From Pseudomonadota bacterium (GTDB lineage Bacteria; Pseudomonadota; Gammaproteobacteria; Magnimaribacterales; D2472), in the NCBI GenBank assembly GCA_010024215.1, contig RGHK01000001.1, positions 1-31,030 on the forward strand: DNA of 31,030 bases. Direction: 5' to 3'. A model generated the notes under the pieces. It was not told the origin of the DNA and made no database searches. It worked only from the letters and a program-made list of their open reading frames with translations. Each line of letters opens with the position of its first letter. Positions within the stretch are counted from its first letter, which is position 1. The position numbers were made by a program, and so were the translations under genes. This document shows, piece after piece, positions 1 through 10,686 of the stretch.

Positions 1-25
1 TTAATTCATAAGGTATTACTGATAA

Positions 26-2134
26 ATGATTATGGTAAAAATATACAAAAAAATCCTAGAAGAGATCTTTCCGTTACTTTCTATAAGTTTATTTCTAATT
101 TTATCTTTTGCGTTAACGTTAAATGGTCAAGAAGATAAAAATCTTGAAGAAATAATAGTCAAAGGTAATGTTTTGTATTCAGATCAAGTTATTGCATTAA
201 AGACACCTGTACCAATATTAGATGTCCCACAAACAGTTTCCATTATTACAGACGATGATATTCGTAAACAGGGGTTTAGAGGAGTTGGTGATATTGTTAG
301 ATATACTCCAGGCGTTAATACCTCTCAAGGCGAAGGCCATAGAGATTCTGTTGTATTTAGGGGAAATAGATCTACAGCTGATTTTTTTCAGGATGGCATA
401 AGAGATGATGTCCAATATTTCCGGTCTTTATATAATGTAGAACAAGTAGAAATTCTTCGAGGTCCTAATGCTTTGCTTTTTGGAAGAGGTGGAACAGGAG
501 GCGTGATAAATAGAGTTTCCAAGAAAGCAGTCTTTACAAAAAATTTTGGATCTTTTGATTTTGGTATAGATACCTTCGGAGCCAATGATATTGTTCTTGA
601 TTATAATTTTGGCAGTTCAGACGTTTCAGCTTTTAGATTTATGATGCACAGTGATGGATTAAAAAATCATAGAGATCACTACAATGGAAATAGATTAGGA
701 ATTAATCCAATCATTAAATTAAAGTTAAATGAAAAATCTACTTTAGATCTTTCCTATGAATATGCAGATCATGAAAGATTTATTGATAGAGGTATTCCTA
801 CTGAAAATGGATTACCTGTCAGAAGGTTTAAAAACATTGTTTTTGGCGATAAAGACAATAATGTTGCAAGCCTTGAAGCGAGCATTGTGAAAGCAACTGT
901 TATCACAGAATATTCTGATACAACAAAAGGCAACATAACAATTGTTTCAAGTAACTTCGAAAAAATATATAGCAATTATTACGTATCTAGTTATACAACA
1001 GGGTCTTCTGTAGTAACCATTGATGGTTACCTTGATCCAACAGAGAGAAAAAATACAATCATCTCAGGCAGTCTTGTTAATGAGATTAACATTGGTCCAA
1101 GCGTACATACAATTCTTTTTGGTGGTGAAAGGATAGATACAGACAATGATAATTTTAGATTTAATACATTTTGGTCAACCACAAATGATGATAATGAGTT
1201 ATTTAAAATAACAAGACCTATGAACTTTTCAATAAATTCATCAGGTAATGCTACAAATAATAATTTTAATATTGATCTAAATTCTAAAACAAATTCAGAT
1301 ATTCAAGTTTCATCAATTTATCTGCAAGATCAAGTTGATTTTACAGACAGTTTTAAGTTTATGATTGGTGGTCGTTATGATTCATTTGATATAACTGTAA
1401 ATGATATTAAAACAGGAATTTCTCAATCCAAGATAGACACCAAATTTTCACCCCGCGCTGGACTTATATTTAAACCTAAAGAAAATATTTCATTTTATTA
1501 CAGTTATAGCGAAAGTTTTTTGCCAAGATCTGGCGAACAATATAAATCATTATCAGCTACCGCAGCTAGATTAAATCCAGATGTATTTGAAAGCTCCGAA
1601 ATTGGTATTAAGTGGGAAATATATAATGAATTGAGCTTAGCTGCAGCATATTTTGATAGTAAGCAAACAATAGCTACAAAAGATAGTAATACTGGAGAGG
1701 AGGGAGAAATTATTGGCCTTCAAGTTGATGGTTTTGAAATCGAGCTCAAAGGAAAAATTACTGATAAGGTTAATATTATGTTCGGTTACAGTAATATGGA
1801 AGGAAAAACTAACTCAGGCGGGGAGCCTCGTGAAATTCCTGATCACACTCTTGCTCTTTATACTATTTATAAAGTTTCAGATAAATTCAACTGGTCATTT
1901 GGAATAACACATCAAGGAGAATCAAACATTGGTAATAACAATCCTGATAGAACGCTTCCAGAATATACTAGAGTTGATTTAGGGGCATATTATCAGTTTG
2001 AACAAAATTTAAGCATACAGATGAATATTGAAAATGTTACGAATGAATTATATTTTCCTCACTCACACAGCTCTCATCAAGTTTCTGTAGGTGAACCATT
2101 TAATATCAGGTTTTCAATTAGAAAAAACTTTTAA
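26..2134 (+). CDS. TonB-dependent outer membrane receptor (siderophore-receptor-like family)
   Basis: 702 aa ORF with an N-terminal hydrophobic signal, TonB-box-like LEEIIVKG, plug motifs (DVPQTVSII, RYTPGV, VEQVEILRGPNALLFGRGGTGGVINRVSK) and a C-terminal barrel ending in Phe (RKNF). Start could be ATG 26 or ATG 32. Confidence 0.93.
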   Translation: MIMVKIYKKILEEIFPLLSISLFLILSFALTLNGQEDKNLEEIIVKGNVLYSDQVIALKTPVPILDVPQTVSIITDDDIRKQGFRGVGDIVRYTPGVNTSQGEGHRDSVVFRGNRSTADFFQDGIRDDVQYFRSLYNVEQVEILRGPNALLFGRGGTGGVINRVSKKAVFTKNFGSFDFGIDTFGANDIVLDYNFGSSDVSAFRFMMHSDGLKNHRDHYNGNRLGINPIIKLKLNEKSTLDLSYEYADHERFIDRGIPTENGLPVRRFKNIVFGDKDNNVASLEASIVKATVITEYSDTTKGNITIVSSNFEKIYSNYYVSSYTTGSSVVTIDGYLDPTERKNTIISGSLVNEINIGPSVHTILFGGERIDTDNDNFRFNTFWSTTNDDNELFKITRPMNFSINSSGNATNNNFNIDLNSKTNSDIQVSSIYLQDQVDFTDSFKFMIGGRYDSFDITVNDIKTGISQSKIDTKFSPRAGLIFKPKENISFYYSYSESFLPRSGEQYKSLSATAARLNPDVFESSEIGIKWEIYNELSLAAAYFDSKQTIATKDSNTGEEGEIIGLQVDGFEIELKGKITDKVNIMFGYSNMEGKTNSGGEPREIPDHTLALYTIYKVSDKFNWSFGITHQGESNIGNNNPDRTLPEYTRVDLGAYYQFEQNLSIQMNIENVTNELYFPHSHSSHQVSVGEPFNIRFSIRKNF

Positions 2135-2160
2135 ACTATACAAAATTAAAATTTTTAAAG

Positions 2161-2166
2161 TACAAT
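2161..2166 (+). promoter_or_regulatory. Candidate sigma70 -10 element (TACAAT) for tRNA-Ala
   Basis: TACAAT ends 15 bp before the mature tRNA 5' end. No convincing -35. Confidence 0.4.
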
Positions 2167-2181
2167 ACACTTTTTTTAAAT

Positions 2182-2257
2182 GGGGCTATAGCTCAGCTGG
2201 GAGAGCACCTGCTTTGCAAGCAGGGGGTCCGCGGTTCGATCCCGCGTAGCTCCACCA
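2182..2257 (+). tRNA. tRNA-Ala (anticodon UGC)
   Basis: 76 nt cloverleaf: acceptor stem GGGGCTA/TAGCTCC with the G3:U70 alanine determinant, D arm GCTC/GAGC, anticodon stem CCTGC/GCAGG with TGC at 2215-2217, T arm CGCGG-TTCGATC-CCGCG, encoded CCA. Confidence 0.99.
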
Positions 2258-2266
2258 TTTTTTAAG

Positions 2267-3163
2267 TTACTGTTTAGAATATTTCTCTAATTCTGATCTA
2301 AATAACTCCTTTAAAAGAAGAACATTCTCAGTATTTGAGTATGTTGGTCTTACTATTATTGCTAGTTCTCTGTGTGGGCCCGGTTCATTTAAAGTCAATG
2401 TATTTATTAATGGGTTAGTACTCGTTAAATGTTTGATTGACATATGTGGAACAAGAGTTGAGCCCATATTGTTTGCAACTAATTGTACAAGTGTAGTTAA
2501 ACTTGAAGCCTCCATTGAAAATGGTTGTTTGTCATTAATCTTGCATGCAGCCAAAACATGATTTTTAAGACAGTGACCATCATCAAGTAACATCAATTCG
2601 GATCGATTTATCTCTTTAGCCTTTATTGAAATTTTGTGTTTATTATTCTTGTGAGTAACGTAATAAAAATTTTCTTCCCAAAACCTAAAAGCCAACAAAC
2701 CATCAAGATCATAAGGTAATGCAAGTACAGCTAAATCTAAGTCTCCATTAAGAACCTTTTTTACAAGCGCACTTGATTGCCCCTCAATAACTCTTAAATG
2801 TAATTTTGGGTAATCATGTTTTAACTTTGGAAGTACTAGCGGTAACAAATATGGTCCTATTGTTGGAATTATTCCTATTTTTAAAGAAGTGCTCAAAGGT
2901 ATTTTTTGAGTCTCACCTAGCTTATTAATATCTTCAATTTGAAATTGAATTTGTTTAGCTTTCTCAAGAAGTTCTTCTCCAAGTTTTGTTACTAATACTT
3001 TTTTGTTGGTTCTTTCAAAAATCTGAAAACCTATCTGATTTTCAAGCTCTGTTATCGCATTGCTTAAGGTGGAAGGAGATACAAAACAATCATCTGCTGC
3101 TTTTTTAAAATGTAATCTTCTTGCAACTGCAAGTGCATAATGAAGTTGTTTGATGCTAATCAT
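2267..3163 (-). CDS. oxyR: Hydrogen peroxide-inducible LysR regulator OxyR
   Basis: LysR HTH (LHFKKAADDCFVSPSTLSNAITELENQIG) and redox motif LLDDGHCLKNHVLAAC with both OxyR cysteines nine residues apart. Divergent from katG. Confidence 0.93.
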   Translation of the reverse strand: MISIKQLHYALAVARRLHFKKAADDCFVSPSTLSNAITELENQIGFQIFERTNKKVLVTKLGEELLEKAKQIQFQIEDINKLGETQKIPLSTSLKIGIIPTIGPYLLPLVLPKLKHDYPKLHLRVIEGQSSALVKKVLNGDLDLAVLALPYDLDGLLAFRFWEENFYYVTHKNNKHKISIKAKEINRSELMLLDDGHCLKNHVLAACKINDKQPFSMEASSLTTLVQLVANNMGSTLVPHMSIKHLTSTNPLINTLTLNEPGPHRELAIIVRPTYSNTENVLLLKELFRSELEKYSKQ

Positions 3164-3171
3164 TTATGTTC

Positions 3172-3177
3172 ATTTTA
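3172..3177 (-). promoter_or_regulatory. Candidate -10 (TAAAAT) for a near-leaderless oxyR transcript
   Basis: TAAAAT lies 8 nt before the ATG on the minus strand and there is no Shine-Dalgarno. Confidence 0.4.
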
Positions 3178-3220
3178 ATCGAACATAAAATATATTAATA
3201 GTATATTTATCAATATATAA

Positions 3221-5431
<2,211 letters not shown>

Positions 5432-5438
5432 ATAATTT

Positions 5439-5475
5439 CTCAGGTGCTTATAAAGCACCTGAGCTTTTATATTCT
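5439..5475 (+). terminator. Intrinsic terminator after katG
   Basis: Perfect 11 bp stem CTCAGGTGCTT (5439-5449) / AAGCACCTGAG (5453-5463), 3 nt loop, followed by T-rich CTTTTATATTCTTTT. Confidence 0.88.
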
Positions 5476-5486
5476 TTTAATAAGCT

Positions 5487-5492
5487 TATAAT
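5487..5492 (+). promoter_or_regulatory. Consensus -10 (TATAAT) for near-leaderless cysE
   Basis: Perfect TATAAT ending 9 nt before ATG 5502, just after the katG terminator. No SD. Confidence 0.55.
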
Positions 5493-5501
5493 CCTTTTCA
5501 T

Positions 5502-6227
5502 ATGGATAAAGATTTATGGAATAAAATTCAAGATGAGATTAAGCTGAGAGTAGATGCAGAACCCACTCTCGGATCCTTCTTATATTCATTAGTTTTATCT
5601 CAAAAAGATTTAGTTGGTGCAGTTGCTTCAATTCTAGCCTCAAAGCTACATAGTGATGCTTTATCTGCAATGGATATAAAAAAATTTATATTAGATGTTT
5701 ATAGAGATTGTAAAGACATAGAAAAAAACCTTGAAGAAGATATTAAATTTTTTAAGGATCATGATCCTGCATGTAACTATTTTTCAACACCCTTACTTTT
5801 TTATAAGGGGTTTTTAGGATTAGCAACATATAGAGCAGCGCATTGTTTATGGAATAATGAACGTCATACAATGGCATTATTTTTCCAAAATAGAGCATCA
5901 GAAGTATTTGGCGTAGATATTCATCCAGCTGCAAAGATTGCTGGTGCAGTTATGATTGATCATGCTACAGGAGTTGTGATTGGTGAAACCGCTGAAATTG
6001 AATCTGAAGTCTGTATTTTTCAGGGTGTTACTTTAGGTGGTAAAGGTTTCGAATCAGGTAAAAGACATCCAAATATAAAAAGGGGTGCAGCTATTTTTGC
6101 TGCTAGCACTGTTTTAGGAAATATTACTGTTGGAGAGGGTGCAGTTGTTGCTGCTGGCAGTTTAGTGCTAAAAGACGTACCTGATAATACAACTGTTGCT
6201 GGCGTTCCAGCTAAGATTAGATCTTAA
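5502..6227 (+). CDS. cysE: Serine O-acetyltransferase
   Basis: N-terminal helical SATase domain (EPTLGSFL, DPAC, PLLFYKGFLGL) followed by left-handed beta-helix motifs VDIHPAA, IDHATGVVIGET, QGVTLGG, RHP, VAGVPAK. Confidence 0.97.
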   Translation: MDKDLWNKIQDEIKLRVDAEPTLGSFLYSLVLSQKDLVGAVASILASKLHSDALSAMDIKKFILDVYRDCKDIEKNLEEDIKFFKDHDPACNYFSTPLLFYKGFLGLATYRAAHCLWNNERHTMALFFQNRASEVFGVDIHPAAKIAGAVMIDHATGVVIGETAEIESEVCIFQGVTLGGKGFESGKRHPNIKRGAAIFAASTVLGNITVGEGAVVAAGSLVLKDVPDNTTVAGVPAKIRS

Positions 6228-6233
6228 GAATAA

Positions 6234-7481
6234 CTAATTTTTTGCTAATGAAATATTTTGATAACTCTGATAAATATATATCAAACATACCATCAAGATA
6301 TTGACATAAAGCTGACTTGTTAAAAGATTTGTAGGCATTACTGCAGTATTGAGAATTCCCATAAAATCTATTGCCACAATACCTAATATGGAAGCTATTA
6401 GTATTACAGAATACATATATCGTTTACCCTCAAGCAATAATCCAGTCATAGAGCTTAGTCCAGTAATAGCAATTGCATATATAAATATTTCGTTATAAGT
6501 AATTTGAGATAAGAAAAATAAAACGGAAGTTGAAACTATTCCTGTAAACATTAATTGAAGGAAGCTGAATACTTTAATATCACTAGTAATTACAGGATCA
6601 AATTTAACATAAAACTCTTTTGGATCTTTTTCTTCTATACAATCTTCAGGCCTCCAATATGTTTTAGAGAACCATACCCTTACTTTGTCACTAAGCTTTT
6701 TAGTTTTAATTGAATCCTTGAACATTGTTGTAAAGATTTGTAAATTTGCCCATATTGGATTCCAGCTTTTTAGAGCACTAACAGTACCATAAACCGGTTT
6801 GATTTCAGGGTCTCTGGCTATATAAGTACCAAACATTCGATCCCATATAATAAAAACTCCACCATAATTTGCATCTATATATTCTTTGTTTTTAGCATGA
6901 TGAATCCCATGATTCATAGGAGTAATAAAGATTTTTTCTAAAAACCCAAGATGGCCTATATGCTCAGTATGTACCCAAAATTGATATACTAAATTAATAC
7001 CAGCAACGGTTACAAAAACCTCACCAGGAACACCAAGAAAGACCATTGGTAAATAGAAAACCCATTTCCATAACCAACCAGTGCTAGTCTGCCTAAGAGC
7101 AGTTGAAAGATTAAATTCTTCTCCATGATGGTGAACGCTATGAGTGGCCCATAAAATTTTAATTTCATGATGCATTCTATGCATCCAATAATAAGAAAGA
7201 TCATAAAGAAGGAAAGCAATAATCCATGTAAATGGGTTCTTAACCGATAATAGACCAACGTTAAAATACTTACTGATATATACAAATATTAAGCTTTGCA
7301 AACCCAAGTTAAGCATTGTTGGATATCTACTAATCATACCAATTGAAAGGCTTGTAAAGGTATCATTAAGCCTATAATTACTTTTTCCCTTATAAACACC
7401 ATAACAATATTCAATAAGAATCAGTAACATGAAGACTGGTATAGCGAAGGTAATAATTGATGATTTATCAGTAACTATCAT
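6234..7481 (-). CDS. Fatty acid hydroxylase/sterol desaturase superfamily membrane diiron enzyme, alkylglycerol monooxygenase (AGMO)-like
   Basis: His boxes YYWMHRMHHE, WATHSVHHH, QFWVHTE, HGIHH plus NLSTALRQ and NYGGVFIIWDRMFGT. Extra C-terminal transmembrane region as in AGMO. Confidence 0.85.
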   Translation of the reverse strand: MIVTDKSSIITFAIPVFMLLILIEYCYGVYKGKSNYRLNDTFTSLSIGMISRYPTMLNLGLQSLIFVYISKYFNVGLLSVKNPFTWIIAFLLYDLSYYWMHRMHHEIKILWATHSVHHHGEEFNLSTALRQTSTGWLWKWVFYLPMVFLGVPGEVFVTVAGINLVYQFWVHTEHIGHLGFLEKIFITPMNHGIHHAKNKEYIDANYGGVFIIWDRMFGTYIARDPEIKPVYGTVSALKSWNPIWANLQIFTTMFKDSIKTKKLSDKVRVWFSKTYWRPEDCIEEKDPKEFYVKFDPVITSDIKVFSFLQLMFTGIVSTSVLFFLSQITYNEIFIYAIAITGLSSMTGLLLEGKRYMYSVILIASILGIVAIDFMGILNTAVMPTNLLTSQLYVNILMVCLIYIYQSYQNISLAKN

Positions 7482-7508
7482 TGTAATTTATTGTTAATAA
7501 TTTACATT

Positions 7509-8324
7509 TTAGGTATTGGCATTTAAATATGCAATAGCGCCAATTGCATTTCCAAATCTTTGGCGATCATTATATTGTCCAACTATATTTGCTAGTTTTA
7601 ATCTCGCATCAAGTCCTTTTTTGACTCCCTCTAATTGAGAAACTCTACCAACATAATAAGCTTTATTAACGCCAATCAACATTGCATTAAGATATGAAAT
7701 AGTACCAATAACCTCTCCAACCATATTCGCTAGCGAGGATGCTAAATCTTCATCAGAAAAATTATTACTAATTCTAGCTTTAGCAAAATTAGAAGCTGTA
7801 ACATTAGGATGCAGTGATCCAATATTATTAACAACTTCACCAATTAAAGCATCCAATTCACTTCTGTTTCCCTCTGTTGCTAGTTTGTTTATTATTTCTG
7901 AATCAACTTCATTAAAAAGAAGGTTAGATAACCCTTGAAGAGTTCCTCCTCCAACAGATATTCCACCAAGATGTTTAAATTCATTATTAATTAATCCAAT
8001 GCACGCAGTTCCTGTGCCAGTGCTTACAGCAAGAAATTCTGAATCAGTAATTTTATAAAGCTCTTTAGCGCCATAGCCAATAGCATCTACTTCGTTTACT
8101 TTTATCACTGGAATATTTAACAAGCTGTCACTCAAGTCACTTGATTTACCTCCAGTTACAGCAATTTTATTGATTTTACTTATATCTAATTTGAGAGAAT
8201 TTAAAAATTTTTTTAAGGATTCATCAGTAACACTTTCGGATGGAAACGAAAAATAATCCATTGTTCCATCATCAGAAGAAACAATATCTGTGTTTGTTAT
8301 ACCAAAATCAAAAGCAAGATTCAT
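7509..8324 (-). CDS. coaW: Type II (Fumble/CoaW-like) pantothenate kinase
   Basis: ASKHA-fold motifs matching staphylococcal type II PanK from memory: NEVDA, VSTGTGT, GGISVGGGTLQGL, GNR, TASNFAK, MVGEVI, AIGAI. Confidence 0.8.
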   Translation of the reverse strand: MNLAFDFGITNTDIVSSDDGTMDYFSFPSESVTDESLKKFLNSLKLDISKINKIAVTGGKSSDLSDSLLNIPVIKVNEVDAIGYGAKELYKITDSEFLAVSTGTGTACIGLINNEFKHLGGISVGGGTLQGLSNLLFNEVDSEIINKLATEGNRSELDALIGEVVNNIGSLHPNVTASNFAKARISNNFSDEDLASSLANMVGEVIGTISYLNAMLIGVNKAYYVGRVSQLEGVKKGLDARLKLANIVGQYNDRQRFGNAIGAIAYLNANT

Positions 8325-8332
8325 TTGAATGG

Positions 8333-10510
8333 CTATTTACTTGATGCTGCATTGGGCCAAGACATAGGAATTTGTTGTTGAGGATTAAAGACCATTGGGC
8401 CCTCTACAGGAAATGCTTTTGAAGCTTGCTCAATTTCTTTCTTGCTTAGATGCTTGCTTGGAATTAGTTTGAAAACATCAAGACCTCTTGTGATCTCAGT
8501 GCCATACACATAACCATCGTAGTAATACGCAGACCAATATCCACCAGTTGTTAAAATATCATCGTTGATAGGCCCTCTATCAAAATAAGCTATTTCTATA
8601 GGGTTAGATGAATCGGTAAAATCCATTATTGAAATACCACCCTGGTACCATGCTTGAACAAAAATATCACGATTAGGTATTGGTATTATTGAGCCGTTAT
8701 GAGCAACACAATTCTCTGTTTCAACCTGTGGAGCAGGCATTTTGTAATGACTTCTAAATTCAAGTTTATTATCAACAATATCGTAAATTGCATCAGCACC
8801 CCAATCTAAAGGATCCCATGCTCTGCATCTTGCACGACCGCCACCGCCCCATTCATCAGTAAAGATTACTTTTGTACCATCATTATTGAATGTTGCTGAA
8901 TGCCAATAAGCAAAACCAGTGTCTGTTACAACATCCAGCCTCTTTGGGTTATATGGGTCGGTAATATCAAAAAGTATTCCATTGCCTGAGCACGCACCAG
9001 CAGCAATATTAGAAGATGGAAATACTGTAATATCATGACATTGATCGGTTCTATTTGTATCTTGCGTGTCATCTCCATGATCGCCTCCAACCCATAATCC
9101 TCCTAATGCTCCAGTTTCAGGGTCAGCAAAGACAGTAGGGCTGCTAACAATTTTTGATTTTGATGGATCAGATATAGGTATTTCTATTACATCAATTCTA
9201 AATAAAGCTGTTCTGTTATCTCCAGGAATATTTCCAATACATTCTTCCATTTCTTCATCATCTCTGACTCCTGCAGTGCCAGAGTTATAAATAATAATGT
9301 TATTATCTTTAGTTGGACCAGCTACCACAGAATGAGTGTGTGAGCCTCTACATGTTTGAACAGCACCAACTTGTCTAGGATTTTTAAGGTCAGAAATATC
9401 AAAAATTCTAATTCCTCTAAATCTTTCTGGACTTGCATCACTTCCTACACCCATTGAGCCGCAATCTATACGACTTCTATTTTGCTCAACAGACATAATT
9501 AATAAATCACCAACAATCGATACATCACCTTGTCCGCCAGGGCATACTACAGAGGATATTAGTTTTGGAACACCATCGTTTTTAATTTTATACATATTAA
9601 AACCATGGTAATTACCAGCAACTAAAAGATCATCTTTAAAAGCCATATCTGTATTAGCAAAACTCATAATAGGAGACTTTCTGGCTCTTGATTTCTCTAA
9701 CGTTGTTAATTCTCTGTCTTCATCAAGATCTTTTGTTGGATCTTCAACACCTTTTGCTTCTGGGTCGTCTGGATCATAGAATCCTACAGGTTTTCTTAAC
9801 GAAGCAATTAATTCAAGATTTAAAATTGCTTCATCTGCAATAAAGAGACCAGGACTTAAGCCCGCTCTTGGGTCATCAGAAAGACCTACAGCAATTTTAT
9901 TCATTCTTTCAATTTCAACACTTTGATCATTAACAAGATCGGAAACAAATTCATTTAAAAGAGGGTCATTGGCAGAACCAGGAAATTTCTTTAATTCATC
10001 AACCATCTCCAAGGCACCGTCATGATGAGCTATCATTAATTGAAGAAATAATCTGTCAAAATCTGTGCTTTTTGAGTTTTCAAGATCTTTGAGTTGTTTT
10101 GGTGTTGCCATGCCTGACATTTTCATATGTATATCATGATCATGTCCCATATTTGACATCATTTCTTCTCGTGATTTAAGCCAACTTTCCATAAAATTAA
10201 TCTCATCTTCTTGAGAAACATCAATTCTATCTGCCAAATCAATAATGGTTTTGTTATTTGTTCTTTTGTCGGCTAATTTAGACATGAATATAGCTTGGTT
10301 ATGGTGGACAATCATGCCATTTAAGAAATCTATATCTGCTTGTACATAACTTGATCCTGCAATATTAGATGCGATTTCTGGATCAAGAATTTTTGATTTT
10401 TCACCTGGAGCTCCAGGTTGAATAATTGGAGCATCCTCAGCAAAAGAAGAAGATGTTACAAAACTTAAAAATGAAAATATAAATATATAGTTATGAATTT
10501 TTTTCATCAT
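8333..10510 (-). CDS. Exported DUF305 (CopM-like) plus LVIVD-type beta-propeller fusion protein
   Basis: Signal peptide, DUF305 signatures MIVHHNQAIFMS and FLQLMIAHHDGALEM, then propeller repeats (CPGGQGDVS, RIFDISD, CRGSHTH, CHDI, YWHSA, DEWGGG, CVAHN, WYQGG). AAGGAG SD upstream. Confidence 0.8.
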   Translation of the reverse strand: MMKKIHNYIFIFSFLSFVTSSSFAEDAPIIQPGAPGEKSKILDPEIASNIAGSSYVQADIDFLNGMIVHHNQAIFMSKLADKRTNNKTIIDLADRIDVSQEDEINFMESWLKSREEMMSNMGHDHDIHMKMSGMATPKQLKDLENSKSTDFDRLFLQLMIAHHDGALEMVDELKKFPGSANDPLLNEFVSDLVNDQSVEIERMNKIAVGLSDDPRAGLSPGLFIADEAILNLELIASLRKPVGFYDPDDPEAKGVEDPTKDLDEDRELTTLEKSRARKSPIMSFANTDMAFKDDLLVAGNYHGFNMYKIKNDGVPKLISSVVCPGGQGDVSIVGDLLIMSVEQNRSRIDCGSMGVGSDASPERFRGIRIFDISDLKNPRQVGAVQTCRGSHTHSVVAGPTKDNNIIIYNSGTAGVRDDEEMEECIGNIPGDNRTALFRIDVIEIPISDPSKSKIVSSPTVFADPETGALGGLWVGGDHGDDTQDTNRTDQCHDITVFPSSNIAAGACSGNGILFDITDPYNPKRLDVVTDTGFAYWHSATFNNDGTKVIFTDEWGGGGRARCRAWDPLDWGADAIYDIVDNKLEFRSHYKMPAPQVETENCVAHNGSIIPIPNRDIFVQAWYQGGISIMDFTDSSNPIEIAYFDRGPINDDILTTGGYWSAYYYDGYVYGTEITRGLDVFKLIPSKHLSKKEIEQASKAFPVEGPMVFNPQQQIPMSWPNAASSK

Positions 10511-10682
10511 CTTCTATTATCTCCTTGGATTCACCATCAATAATGTTGTTTGTAGAATGTTTTTGAAATCTATTAATCCTATTTGGCCTATCTAATTGTT
10601 TTGATGATGCTTTCACTTTAGCTAAGTTAAAAAAAACAAAAAGTGAAATTATTGCTAAACCGCCAAAAATTATAGTATTCAA
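10491..10682 (-). CDS. Small single-pass membrane protein, hypothetical
   Basis: 63 aa, TTG start 4 nt after the upstream stop, N-terminal hydrophobic helix (IIFGGLAIISLFVFFNLA), charged tail. Fills the gap in a co-directional run. Confidence 0.6.
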   Translation of the reverse strand: MNTIIFGGLAIISLFVFFNLAKVKASSKQLDRPNRINRFQKHSTNNIIDGESKEIIEDDEKNS

Positions 10683-10686
10683 AGTA

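Noticed and set aside
15-34. Fur-box-like sequence overlapping the TonB receptor start
   Set aside because: It matches the 19 bp consensus only if a gap is allowed, which is not significant in AT-rich DNA. The upstream region is cut off by the window edge.
3176-3214. OxyR binding site in the oxyR-katG spacer
   Set aside because: ATCG, ATAG and CAAT tetramers are present but not at the ATAG-N7-CTAT spacing. A site probably exists, but I cannot place it.
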